A stretch of 64,000 bases of DNA from Nostoc sp. DedSLP01 (GTDB lineage: Bacteria > Cyanobacteriota > Cyanobacteriia > Cyanobacteriales > Nostocaceae): contig JAVRCJ020000006.1 of the NCBI GenBank assembly GCA_034530875.2, forward strand, positions 128,001 to 192,000, read 5' to 3'. The notes below the pieces were generated by a model. That model was given only the letters and a program-made list of their open reading frames with translations. It made no database searches and was not told where the DNA came from. Made by a program: the position numbers and the translations under genes. Each line of letters opens with the position of its first letter. Within the stretch, counting starts at the first letter, position 1. Positions 20,458 to 30,260 of the stretch are shown here, piece after piece.

Positions 20458-21261
20458 TCATGCTTTCCGAGCAACAACGTAGTAAATTAACTCCTCATGC
20501 CATACACCATGCTCAGTTTCTAGTGCAGCAATCTTATCGTCATAACTAGCTTTAATCTGGCGAATTTTTTGGCGTTTTAATTGCCGTAAGGGATTATCGA
20601 TATGTAGCCAGAATTGCCCATTCCATCTGCTTTGTGCTTTTTCTAAGCTTAGGTAAGTCCCCATCTGTCGAGGATGAATTTCAATTTGGGTAAATTTGGC
20701 TTGAGTTAATACGTTTTGAATTCGCTCTGGCGTTCCTAATGGTTCGTGCAGATTTGGAAGTGTAATTCCATGTTTTGCACAGGCTTCTACAATCGACAAT
20801 GCTAAATACGAATCTTCAGAGGAGCAAGTAAATGCGATAAATCCACCGAACTTGAGAAAACGATACCAATTTTCGAGAATCTTAGGAATGTTGGGAAAAA
20901 GCACGATCGCGTAAGAACAATAGATCGCGTCAAACTTATCTGGTTCAGTCTGATATACTTGTGCATCGACTTCAATTAGCTCAACATTTGATAAGTTTTC
21001 GGCTTGAATTTTCTGTTGAGCAATCTTAAGTAATTCTGTTGCGATATCAATTCCAATTACAGAGCCACTTGTACCAACTTTTTGAGCTGCTGCGATCGCA
21101 ATATTTCCCGTTCCCGTTGCAACATCTAAAACACATTGCCCAGGAGATAGACTTGCGTAGTCTAAAAGTGCAATTGCGCGATTGAGAGTAACATCATTAT
21201 CATAATTCGTCCTTCCATTGTAAAAATCGATAAGTTCCTGTTTGTATATCATAAATAACAA
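20458..21261 (-). CDS. Class I SAM-dependent methyltransferase (UbiE-like)
   Basis: VLDVATGTG SAM-binding motif. Confidence 0.9.
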   Translation of the reverse strand: MLFMIYKQELIDFYNGRTNYDNDVTLNRAIALLDYASLSPGQCVLDVATGTGNIAIAAAQKVGTSGSVIGIDIATELLKIAQQKIQAENLSNVELIEVDAQVYQTEPDKFDAIYCSYAIVLFPNIPKILENWYRFLKFGGFIAFTCSSEDSYLALSIVEACAKHGITLPNLHEPLGTPERIQNVLTQAKFTQIEIHPRQMGTYLSLEKAQSRWNGQFWLHIDNPLRQLKRQKIRQIKASYDDKIAALETEHGVWHEELIYYVVARKA

Positions 21262-21517
21262 CAGTTTAGGATAACAAAGGGCAAATCAAATAGGCTGAAA
21301 TTAATGCTTTAATATTAAGGGTAGACTATTTTAATTATTCAGCATCAAATCAGCCCATCATTATTTAAGACGCGAACAACAGCTTACTTATCAATTAATG
21401 CCATTATTAAATCTCAATGAATTTCCGATGCAATAGAGTTATTACAAGTTTTTAAAAGCATCTGCAAGTTAGTCAGTTTTCAGGAATAATGATTGTAAAT
21501 TGCGGGGCTATGCACTC

Positions 21518-22246
21518 ATGTCTGAACCTGCTACTTTAGAATTCATCTCTGATAATACTTTAGAAGATGAAGTTATATTTCCTCCTGGTGATTTATATAG
21601 TGACGAACCACCCTTGGAAAGCGACCTACACCGAGACCAAATCGATTTGCTGATTCGCCTACTTAAATCGTGGTGGCGAGAAAGGCAAGATTTTTATGCT
21701 TCTGGGAATTTGACAATTTATTACAGTCCTAACCAGAAAAAATCAGAATACTTCCGAGGTCCAGACTTTTTTGTAGTTTTGGGAACCGAGAAAAAAGACC
21801 GTAAAAGTTGGGTTGTTTGGCATGAAGACGGCAAATATCCAAATGTAATTGTAGAGATTTTGTCGAACTCAACAGCAGCAGTTGACAAAGGCTTTAAAAA
21901 ACAGATTTACCAAGATACTTTTCGCACACCCGATTATTTCTTGTTTGACCCGATAACAATTGAGTTACAAGGATTTCATCTAGTAGATGGTAAGTATCAA
22001 AATATTCAAACCACTACTGATGGACGTTTATGGAGTCAGCAGTTAGAACTTTACTTGGGAGTTTATGAAGGTAAATTAAGATTCTTTACTGCCGAAAATC
22101 AATTGATACCATCATCTGAAGAACTAGCCCAACAAGAAACTTTACGTGCCCAACAAGCAGAAGAACGCGCCCAACAAGCAGAACAAGAAATTGCTAGACT
22201 GCGCGAACTTTTGCGTACACAAGGCATTAACCCTGATAATATTTGA
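21518..22246 (+). CDS. Uma2 (DUF820) family putative endonuclease
   Basis: SDEPPLES, RGPDFFVV, PNVIVEILS, C-terminal RAQQAEE repeats; start at ATG 21518. Confidence 0.93.
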   Translation: MSEPATLEFISDNTLEDEVIFPPGDLYSDEPPLESDLHRDQIDLLIRLLKSWWRERQDFYASGNLTIYYSPNQKKSEYFRGPDFFVVLGTEKKDRKSWVVWHEDGKYPNVIVEILSNSTAAVDKGFKKQIYQDTFRTPDYFLFDPITIELQGFHLVDGKYQNIQTTTDGRLWSQQLELYLGVYEGKLRFFTAENQLIPSSEELAQQETLRAQQAEERAQQAEQEIARLRELLRTQGINPDNI

Positions 22247-22566
22247 TGAGATGAGCAAATTCACATAGACACTTTACAGTTAAAATTAAATATAAATTTA
22301 TTGAAACAGCGAACAGCGAACAGTCAGCTAAGGCGTATTCAGGGAAATTTAGAGGACGTTGGAAAAGTAGTAGCCGATGTATATAAAACTTTAAATATTC
22401 CTGCTTCAGGAAGAGTTGGAGAAGTTGATTTTCCAGTTTTTATGCTACGGAATATCGATACAAATCTACACTTGACAAATATTCTCTTCTACCCAAAGTA
22501 TGAAACTGACTATAAGTAACTAATTTACTGTTAAAAAAGCGTTAGTATCTGAAAGTAGGGCAGCGT

Positions 22567-23259
22567 TTGCAAGCAAAACAGATTAAGGAGAAATTAAAAT
22601 CCCTCATCGAGCAAGCTTCCTCGATAGATCCTAATTTGGCAAAAAGATTAGATGAAATAAACCGTTGGGTAAAGGATATCAAACCGGGTTCCCTGACGGC
22701 TAAACCTTTTGTTATTGCTTTTCTTTTAGAACTAATTACGGACTCGACAATTTGGTTGATAATAAAATCCTCATCTTCGCCAGAAGAACAACAAGCAAAA
22801 TTTGAGCAAATGACACCAATTGAAAGATATTGGTACGGTTACCTTTTTCCAAGATGGATTAATGCAAATGATTCCAAGTTTTATATTTGGAAACAAAAAT
22901 TAATGGCAGGTGAATTCGATCGCCGCGATGATGATATTATTAAAGATATAGCCCAAGATATTATTCAGCGAGAAGGTGATTTTTGGCAGCGTTATATTGC
23001 CGACCTCTCTATGGCGACAGACCTAATAGTTAGTAATCGTAACAATCAACCACTTTGCATTCAAGTTACCAGCGTCAGCGAAGAACTTAATCAACAAAAG
23101 TACCAAGCTTGGCAAAATACACTCCGAGCCTGGGAGATAGAGAGAGGATTGTTCTTAAGTTACAATCCCAAGGATGCTAATTTTGTCAACCAACTAGTCA
23201 ACGTAGCACTGTATAACAGTGATTATCTTTCTGGCGGGAAATATTTAAAATTTTCCTGA
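22567..23259 (+). CDS. Hypothetical protein, possible PD-(D/E)xK-like C-terminal domain
   Basis: 230-aa ORF (TTG start); ADLSMATDLIV...LCIQVT. Confidence 0.65.
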   Translation: MQAKQIKEKLKSLIEQASSIDPNLAKRLDEINRWVKDIKPGSLTAKPFVIAFLLELITDSTIWLIIKSSSSPEEQQAKFEQMTPIERYWYGYLFPRWINANDSKFYIWKQKLMAGEFDRRDDDIIKDIAQDIIQREGDFWQRYIADLSMATDLIVSNRNNQPLCIQVTSVSEELNQQKYQAWQNTLRAWEIERGLFLSYNPKDANFVNQLVNVALYNSDYLSGGKYLKFS

Positions 23260-23327
23260 TATTTCCGGATTTCGATTTCGAGAATTTGTATTCTAGCTTA
23301 CAGATTTACTTGCTCATTACAGCTTTT

Positions 23328-23768
23328 ATGCCTCACAAAAGAGAAACTCACACCTACAATAATGTAGATAACTTTGCCGAAGCTTTAGCAACAGCAAGAC
23401 AAATGCAGCAGAACTGGCTAACTTATGGCGTCGATTTTGTGAATTTTTATGTTGAAGATGTAGATGGAGACTGGTTAGAAACCTGGGGAAACGACGAAAT
23501 CTTAGGTAATTCTCGATTACGTACTATTAAAGAATTTTTGATAAGCGATGATAATGTAGCTGTAAAAGTCAGGCAGTATTTAGGAGAGCGATCGCTATTC
23601 GATTTTGCAGTCAGTTTAGAAGAATATTGGAGAATTGCTGAGGTAGATGACAGATTAGCGGCTGTGAAAAATCTATTAGCTGGTTGTGAAAATAATATTG
23701 ATAAAGACGACATCATCTTAGTAGATTTGGCTAATAGTCTCTTGGTGAAGTTAGCAGATATTTTGTAA
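23328..23768 (+). CDS. Hypothetical acidic protein
   Basis: Open frame following 22567-23259; start at MPHKRE. Confidence 0.7.
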   Translation: MPHKRETHTYNNVDNFAEALATARQMQQNWLTYGVDFVNFYVEDVDGDWLETWGNDEILGNSRLRTIKEFLISDDNVAVKVRQYLGERSLFDFAVSLEEYWRIAEVDDRLAAVKNLLAGCENNIDKDDIILVDLANSLLVKLADIL

Positions 23769-23870
23769 AATTTTAAATCACAAAACCAGACGCGATAAAT
23801 TGCTTGTAGAGACGGCGAGGTATCGCCTCTTTGTTATGGAGAAGGTCAGACAAATATGATTTCTATAGCT

Positions 23871-24122
23871 CTAATAATCTTTGAGATGTGCAATCTTTAT
23901 CACTGTTAATAGTAAGGATCGATCCTCAATTTGATAAACAATGCGATATTCACCCAAACGAACTATATATAGCCGTTCAGTATCCTTCAATGGGTGAGCA
24001 TCTTTTGGACGTGGATTTAATGCTAGCTCCTCTAGCTTTTGTGCTAGTCGTTGCTGCGCCTCTGAGTGCAATTCTACAATTCTTTGCACAGCTGAAGGTG
24101 CTAATGCTACTTGATAGCTCAT
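23871..24122 (-). CDS. RelE/ParE family toxin
   Basis: LEELALNPRP, YIVRLGEYRIVYQIED, IKIAH. Confidence 0.9.
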   Translation of the reverse strand: MSYQVALAPSAVQRIVELHSEAQQRLAQKLEELALNPRPKDAHPLKDTERLYIVRLGEYRIVYQIEDRSLLLTVIKIAHLKDY

Positions 24123-24388
24123 ATCCCTAGCTCTCTTTTAATGTCTTCCAAGGATGTTGTCCCCAGATCTGCAATTTCTTCTAGTAATGTATAAGCATCT
24201 CTGAGATCAGTCTCATCTAACCTTGCTTCAATTAGCTGATGCATCTGCTGTGTTGAGGTAATTTCAATCCCAGGTTCTTCTCTAAGTTTGTCAGTTAATG
24301 CATGAAAAGCTTCTATATCGTCTTGATGTTTTAATAGATAAGCTCTTAACTCTTGTTTAGTCATCGCTTGAAAATTTGCCTTAGTCAT
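24119..24388 (-). CDS. DUF6887-like protein with RelB-like acidic C-terminal tail (putative antitoxin)
   Basis: MTKANFQAMTKQELRAYLLKH..AFHAL N-terminus; GTTSLEDIKRELGI tail; ATGA overlap with toxin. Confidence 0.7.
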   Translation of the reverse strand: MTKANFQAMTKQELRAYLLKHQDDIEAFHALTDKLREEPGIEITSTQQMHQLIEARLDETDLRDAYTLLEEIADLGTTSLEDIKRELGI

Positions 24389-24589
24389 AAATATCTCACC
24401 TTCCCATTTGGCAATATTTCTACTTCAAAGCTTTGTCCAGCAAGAATGTAAATGTGTTTAGTCCGTTCATCTAATCTCACCAAGTAAATTGGCAGGTACT
24501 TGGGAGTAACTAGAATTTTTTGCCACCTTTTAAGGGGTTTGAGGGGTCTAAAACCACTGTAAATTGAGTTTTTGATCTGAAGTTGGCAT
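24385..24589 (-). pseudogene. Disrupted DUF6888-like small gene
   Basis: MPTSDQKLN start and YLPIYLVRLDERTKHIYILAGQSFEVEILPNGKVRYL* end, separated by an out-of-frame 64-nt stretch containing a stop. Confidence 0.6.
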
Positions 24590-24621
24590 CAATGACAGCT
24601 GTGCTACCCTACAAGAGTTTT

Positions 24622-24768
24622 ATTGCAACTCCAGAACGTACTTTAGTAACTAAAACATATTCGTTAGTTACTCTAGAACATGTTTTAGTTACTCTAGAAC
24701 ATGTTTTAGTTACTCCAGAACGTGTTTTAGTTACTCCAGAACATGTTTTAGTTACTAAAATGCGTTCA
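24622..24768. repeat. 21-bp tandem repeat, 7 units (consensus TTAGTTACTCYAGAACATGTT)
   Basis: Four near-identical central units at 24664-24747 plus degenerate flanking units. Confidence 0.92.
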
Positions 24769-25202
24769 TTAATAAGTTAAAAAGTATTTTCATTAGCTCA
24801 AATTCTATTTAGCTTATCATTTAATTACTTTATATAATTAAAAAATTAATTTATTGAGAACAACTTTAGTTTTATTTATAAAAAAACGAAAATTTGCAGC
24901 AAAAATATCACAAGTATAAATAAAACTTAGATGGAATCAAGAACCAATTATGGTTAATTTATCAAATGATGAGTTTTTCTAAGCGAGCGCCTTAAAACTT
25001 GTCAAAAGCGAATATTAAAACTTTTGGTGTATTGACTTACACGCCAAATACCCCAGTAGTAGGGTCATTGCACCCATTTAACCCTCTTCAGAATGCAGCA
25101 CAACCACGTTAAGCTGGATCGAGGTGGCAATTTACTGCGCTCTTGAATAAAAAAATCTCTCTTCCTGTGAAATTTTAACTTTTCCTGCTTGAGAAACTTG
25201 GA

Positions 25203-25928
25203 ATGCTAGACAGAATTTTTGATTACCTCAACTTTCATTTCAGCGTTGAAGCCCCGATAGTCCTGCTGATCCTGATATTTTTAGAGGCGGTGCTATCAGC
25301 TGACAATGCGATCGCCCTCGCTGCTATCGCCCAAGGGCTAGAAGACAAAGAACTTGAGCGTAAAGCTTTAAACTTTGGTTTAGTTGTTGCCTACGTGCTA
25401 CGAATTACCCTAATTCTTACCGCGACTTGGGTGCAACAATTCTGGCAATTTGAATTATTGGGCGCTGCCTACTTGCTATGGCTTGTATTTCAACACTTTA
25501 CCTCAGAAGAAGGCAACGGCGCTCATCATCACGGGCCGCGTTTTAGTTCTCTATTACAAGCCATCCCCGTGATTGCATTTACAGATTTAGCATTTTCCTT
25601 GGATAGCGTCACAACTGCGATCGCTGTTTCTCAAGAAAGATGGTTAGTGCTAACGGGTGCCACAATCGGTATTATTACGCTGCGTTTCATGGCGGGATTA
25701 TTTATCCGTTGGCTAGACGAATATGAAAATCTAGAAGATGCAGGCTATATAACAGTTGCTTTTGTGGGTTTGCGACTCTTATTAAAAGTAGTGAACGATA
25801 ATTTAGTCCCACCAGAATGGCTAATGATTACAGCCATCTTCCTGATTTTAGGCTGGGGATTTTCCAAACGCGTTGGCGCTGCCGAATTACCCCAAATCGA
25901 ACCGGAAAAGACTGAACTACCGAAGTAA
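25203..25928 (+). CDS. TerC family membrane protein
   Basis: LEAVLSADNA and FTDLAFSLDSV motifs. Confidence 0.93.
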   Translation: MLDRIFDYLNFHFSVEAPIVLLILIFLEAVLSADNAIALAAIAQGLEDKELERKALNFGLVVAYVLRITLILTATWVQQFWQFELLGAAYLLWLVFQHFTSEEGNGAHHHGPRFSSLLQAIPVIAFTDLAFSLDSVTTAIAVSQERWLVLTGATIGIITLRFMAGLFIRWLDEYENLEDAGYITVAFVGLRLLLKVVNDNLVPPEWLMITAIFLILGWGFSKRVGAAELPQIEPEKTELPK

Positions 25929-25932
25929 AAAG

Positions 25933-26052
25933 AGGGCAGGGGAAGCAGGAGGTGTGGGAGGTGTGGGAGGATGGGGAAGAAATCTTTCCCCCCACACTCC
26001 CCACACTCCCCACACTTCCCCATCTCCCTACTCCCTACTCCCTACTCCCTAC
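25933..26052. repeat. G-rich/C-rich palindromic repeat element plus CTCCCTA heptamers
   Basis: ggaggtgtgggag..ggggaagaaatctttcccccc acactcccc x3; near-identical inverted copy at 54541-54640. Confidence 0.85.
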
Positions 26053-26498
26053 TCCCGCAACCAGGCTGTTAAATGCGGTTGCCAATTTACTAATTCTTCA
26101 TCCTTAAACCATAAGGCTATTTCTCGTTGGGCGGTTTCTTGAGCATCGGAACCGTGGATTAGGTTGCGGCCGATATTAATGCCAAAATCGCCGCGAATTG
26201 TTCCCGGTTCGGCTGATAAGGGGTTTGTTGCACCAATGATTTTTCTGGCAGCTGCAACGACGCCATCACCTTCCCATACCATCGCTACCACGGGCGCAGA
26301 AGTGATAAATTCGACTAAGCTACCAAAGAAGGGACGTTCCTTGTGGACATCATAATGTTGTTCAGCTAATTCTCGGCTGACTTTCAGGAACTTTAAACCA
26401 ACTAGGGTAAAACCTTTAGTTTCAAACCGACGGATAATTTCACCCACCAATTTGCGCTGTACGCCGTCTGGTTTAATTGCTAAAAATGTGCGTTCCAA
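26049..26498 (-). CDS. ndk: Nucleoside diphosphate kinase
   Basis: [29 protein letters not shown]. Confidence 0.98.
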   Translation of the reverse strand: MERTFLAIKPDGVQRKLVGEIIRRFETKGFTLVGLKFLKVSRELAEQHYDVHKERPFFGSLVEFITSAPVVAMVWEGDGVVAAARKIIGATNPLSAEPGTIRGDFGINIGRNLIHGSDAQETAQREIALWFKDEELVNWQPHLTAWLRE

Positions 26499-26729
26499 AG
26501 CTATCTCCCAAAACTTAATAAAGTTTTTATCTAGTCAATTGTCCATTGTTATTTGTACTTTGTTCAAGCGTTTTGCACTCATGACTAACGCTTGATGACC
26601 AATGACAAATAACATCAGACTCTTGACCAATCAGAGTTTATCTCAGAAATTAACCTTGGGTGCATATCGGTTCTGAAACGAATGCGCTAAATTGTTAATT
26701 CGTGGGTGAAACACAGAGGTTAGGAAGAA

Positions 26730-28748
26730 ATGGGTGTTGAGTCAACTGCTACATCTGACGAGGTGGTACTACTACCGTCCAATGGACACAAATCTGACGT
26801 GAAAAATCATAAACAAAAAAAGCTGTTACCACCAAGTACTACCACAGGAGATTTACCTCGCTCCTGGAAAATTGAGGATAGCGAAACACTATATCGCATC
26901 GAAGGTTGGGGACAACCTTATTTTTCTATTAATGCTGCTGGTCACGTTACCGTTGCGCCGAAAGGCGATCGCGGGGGTTCTCTAGATTTGTTTGAATTAG
27001 TTAACGCCCTAAAGCAGCGCAATTTGGGACTCCCGATGCTCATTCGCTTTTCCGATATTTTAGAAGACCGGATTGAGCGGTTGAATGCTTGTTTTGCCAA
27101 AGCGATCGCCCGTTACAACTACCCTGGTGTCTACCGTGGCGTCTTTCCTGTCAAGTGCAACCAAGAACGGCATTTAATTGAAGATTTAGTCAAATTCGGC
27201 AAGCCCCATCAATTTGGTTTAGAAGCCGGTTCCAAGCCAGAATTAATGATTGCTCTGGCTATCCTAGATACGCCAGGAGCATTGTTAGTTTGCAATGGCT
27301 ACAAAGACCAGGAATACATTGAAACCGCAATGTTAGCCCAAAGGCTAGGGCAAACACCAATCATCGTCTTAGAACAGATTGAAGAGGTTGATTTGGTGAT
27401 TGCAGCCAATCGCCAGTTAGGTATCAAGCCGATTTTGGGCGTCCGGGCGAAACTCAGCACCCAAGGTATGGGACGCTGGGGAACTTCCAGCGGCGATCGC
27501 GCTAAATTTGGTTTGACTATGCCTGAGATTATCGAGGCAGTTGACAAATTACGGGATGCTAATCTGCTGGATTCTTTACAGTTGATGCATTTCCATATCG
27601 GTTCGCAAATTTCTGCCATTAATGTAATTAAAGATGCCATCCAAGAAGCCAGCCGCATTTACGTAGAGTTGGCGATGCTGGGGGCAGATATGAAATACCT
27701 CGATGTCGGTGGTGGCTTGGGCGTAGATTATGACGGTTCCCAAACCAACTTCTACGCATCGAAAAATTACAACATGCAGAACTATGCTAACGATATTGTG
27801 GCAGAGTTAAAAGATACCTGTGCAGAACGGCAAATTACCGTACCAACACTGATTAGCGAAAGCGGACGAGCGATCGCTTCCCATCAGTCGGTGCTGATTT
27901 TCGACGTTCTCAGTACCAGTGATGTCCCCCTCGATTCGCCAGAACCACCCCAAGAGGGAGAATCCCCAATCATTAATTACCTCTGGGAAAGCTACCAATC
28001 CATCAACAAAGAAAATTACCAAGAGCTTTATCACGATGCGGCACAATTCAAAGAAGAAGCCATCAGCCGCTTTAACTTGGGAATTTTACGCCTTAGAGAA
28101 CGAGCCAAAGCCGAACGCCTCTACTGGGCTTGTTGTCAAAAGATTTTGAACATTACAAGGCAGCAAGAATACGTACCCGACGAACTGGAAGACCTGGAAA
28201 AAATCATGGCTTCCATCTATTACGTTAATATGTCGGTGTTCCAATCGGCACCAGATTGTTGGGCGATCGACCAATTATTCCCCATCATGCCAATTCACCG
28301 CTTGGATGAGGAACCAACGCGGCGGGGAATTTTAGCAGACCTCACCTGTGACAGCGACGGCAAAATAGACCGCTTTATTGACTTGCGCGATGTCAAATCG
28401 GTTTTAGAACTCCACCCCTACAAAACAGGAGAACCCTATTACTTGGGCATGTTCCTCAATGGAGCTTACCAGGAAATTATGGGTAACTTGCACAATTTAT
28501 TTGGCGATACTAACGCCGTTCACATTCAATTAACGCCCAAAGGCTACCAAATCGAACACGTAGTTAAAGGCGACACCATGAGCGAAGTGGTCAGCTACGT
28601 CCAGTATGACTCCGAAGATATGGTGGAAAACATCCGCCAGCGCTGCGAAAAAGCTTTAGAGGAAAAGCGCATTACTCTAGCCGAATCTCAGCGACTTCTA
28701 CAAACCTACGAACAGAGTCTTAGAAGGTATACGTACCTAAATAGTTAG
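26730..28748 (+). CDS. speA: Biosynthetic arginine decarboxylase
   Basis: FPVKCNQ, GLEAGSKPEL, HFHIGSQI, DLTCDSDG, HNLFG. Confidence 0.97.
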   Translation: MGVESTATSDEVVLLPSNGHKSDVKNHKQKKLLPPSTTTGDLPRSWKIEDSETLYRIEGWGQPYFSINAAGHVTVAPKGDRGGSLDLFELVNALKQRNLGLPMLIRFSDILEDRIERLNACFAKAIARYNYPGVYRGVFPVKCNQERHLIEDLVKFGKPHQFGLEAGSKPELMIALAILDTPGALLVCNGYKDQEYIETAMLAQRLGQTPIIVLEQIEEVDLVIAANRQLGIKPILGVRAKLSTQGMGRWGTSSGDRAKFGLTMPEIIEAVDKLRDANLLDSLQLMHFHIGSQISAINVIKDAIQEASRIYVELAMLGADMKYLDVGGGLGVDYDGSQTNFYASKNYNMQNYANDIVAELKDTCAERQITVPTLISESGRAIASHQSVLIFDVLSTSDVPLDSPEPPQEGESPIINYLWESYQSINKENYQELYHDAAQFKEEAISRFNLGILRLRERAKAERLYWACCQKILNITRQQEYVPDELEDLEKIMASIYYVNMSVFQSAPDCWAIDQLFPIMPIHRLDEEPTRRGILADLTCDSDGKIDRFIDLRDVKSVLELHPYKTGEPYYLGMFLNGAYQEIMGNLHNLFGDTNAVHIQLTPKGYQIEHVVKGDTMSEVVSYVQYDSEDMVENIRQRCEKALEEKRITLAESQRLLQTYEQSLRRYTYLNS

Positions 28749-28858
28749 GGAATAGGGACTGGGGACTGGCGACTGGGGAGTAGGGATTGGGAATATATTA
28801 TTTCTCCCTCATCTCCCTACTAACCATTACCCAGTCCCCAGTCCCCAGTCCCCAATTC
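28748..28858. repeat. STRR inverted array (GGGGACT / CCCCAGT)
   Basis: Heptamer arms between convergent speA and cugP. Confidence 0.85.
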
Positions 28859-30028
28859 CTAATTCGCGCTTGTTCCCAGTAATTCCTCTATCGCTTGTCG
28901 CTCAACAGGGGTATGGGATGGTACTGTTTGACGAGCATCGGTAATCAGCCAGTCTAAAGCTGCGGCTTGAACATCAATTGCAGCACCAGTTTTATCGACG
29001 CAATAACGTCCAAACACCAGCTTATCTACTAAACGGACTCCGGGGCCGAGGCGCGACCATTCAAAAATGACGCTGTTTTCTACTGTTGCGCCACTGCATA
29101 TCCAACAGTTAGGGCCAATCATTGCCGGGCCGACGATTTTAGCTCCGTCTTCTATTCTTGTCATCCCACCAATGTAAACTGGGCCTGTAATGTCTACTTT
29201 GTCCCAATTGACGGCAACATTTAAGCCAGTGTAGATACCAGGGGCAACTTCATGACCGGGAATTTGCACGTTTTTGATTTCACCCAGGAGTACGCCGCGA
29301 ATCGCCCGCCAATAATCTGGTACCTTACCAATATCTACCCACTCAAAGTCCATAGGAATGGCATAAAAAGGAGCTTTGATTTCTACGAGTTTCGGGAACA
29401 ATTGGCTACCAATGTCGTATTCAACGCCAGAAGGAATATAGTTAAATACCTCTGGTTCAAAGATATAAATACCAGTGTTGATGTTGGTGCTAAGGGCTTC
29501 TTCAGTTGAAGGTTTTTCTTGGAAAGCTTTAACGCGACCTTCTTCGTCGGTGACAACTACACCGTAACTAGAAACTTCTTCCTTGGGGACAGATTTCGTA
29601 ATAATAGTAGCGATCGACCCTTGAGCTCTATGCCATTTAACTGCGGCAGTTAAATCCAAATCGATTAAAGCATCACCGCACAATACGACAAAAGTATCAT
29701 CAAAAAACGGTGAAAAGTCTTGAATGCGGCGCATTCCTCCAGCTGAACCGATGGCTTCGCCTACCAGTTTACCGTCGTCGTCTATTTTCCCTTCAAAAGA
29801 ATAGGCAATTTGTACGCCAAATCGCTGACCGTCGCGGAAATAGTTTTCTATTTCCTCAGCTAAATGACTAACATTGACCAAAATCTGGTCAAACCCATGT
29901 TGGCGTAACAGTTCCAGCAAAAACTCCATCACTGGCTTTTGCAGGATGGGCATCATCGGTTTGGGCATAGTGTACGTAATCGGACGCACGCGAGTACCCT
30001 TGCCAGCTGCGAGAATCATCGCTTTCAT
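28859..30028 (-). CDS. cugP: NDP-sugar synthase; cyanobacterial UDP-glucose pyrophosphorylase (CugP type)
   Basis: MKAMILAAGKGTRVRPIT..PKP nucleotidyltransferase plus left-handed beta-helix tail. Confidence 0.85.
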   Translation of the reverse strand: MKAMILAAGKGTRVRPITYTMPKPMMPILQKPVMEFLLELLRQHGFDQILVNVSHLAEEIENYFRDGQRFGVQIAYSFEGKIDDDGKLVGEAIGSAGGMRRIQDFSPFFDDTFVVLCGDALIDLDLTAAVKWHRAQGSIATIITKSVPKEEVSSYGVVVTDEEGRVKAFQEKPSTEEALSTNINTGIYIFEPEVFNYIPSGVEYDIGSQLFPKLVEIKAPFYAIPMDFEWVDIGKVPDYWRAIRGVLLGEIKNVQIPGHEVAPGIYTGLNVAVNWDKVDITGPVYIGGMTRIEDGAKIVGPAMIGPNCWICSGATVENSVIFEWSRLGPGVRLVDKLVFGRYCVDKTGAAIDVQAAALDWLITDARQTVPSHTPVERQAIEELLGTSAN

Positions 30029-30260
30029 AAAAGTTTATTCCTCAACCACAAGCCAGTTTACTTTCATTAAATGACACTTAATCATCAGTTTTTATTTCTG
30101 CTCTAAGATATCCCTCCAAACAGGGATAACAGTAATTTAGTGGTTATTGCAACCATAGGTACACTTAGATGACAAGCGATCGCTTATCTTTTCAATTTAC
30201 TCGGATTTTCATACTCAAGCAAAAATATGTCAATTATCTGTAGAGCGAGTTTTACATTAT

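Noticed and set aside
13691..22246. Two oppositely oriented Uma2 genes as ends of a composite element
   Set aside because: They are divergent subtypes, Uma2 is highly multicopy in cyanobacteria, and core acs lies between them
24622..24768. Possible CRISPR array
   Set aside because: Units are contiguous with no unique spacers, and no cas genes are present
24583..24780. 65-aa ORF LVTLEHV...
   Set aside because: Simply the translation of the tandem repeat; no RBS or family support
25030..25200. yybP-ykoY (Mn) riboswitch expected upstream of terC
   Set aside because: Could not find the conserved GGGGAGUA / CGUC-type elements by eye
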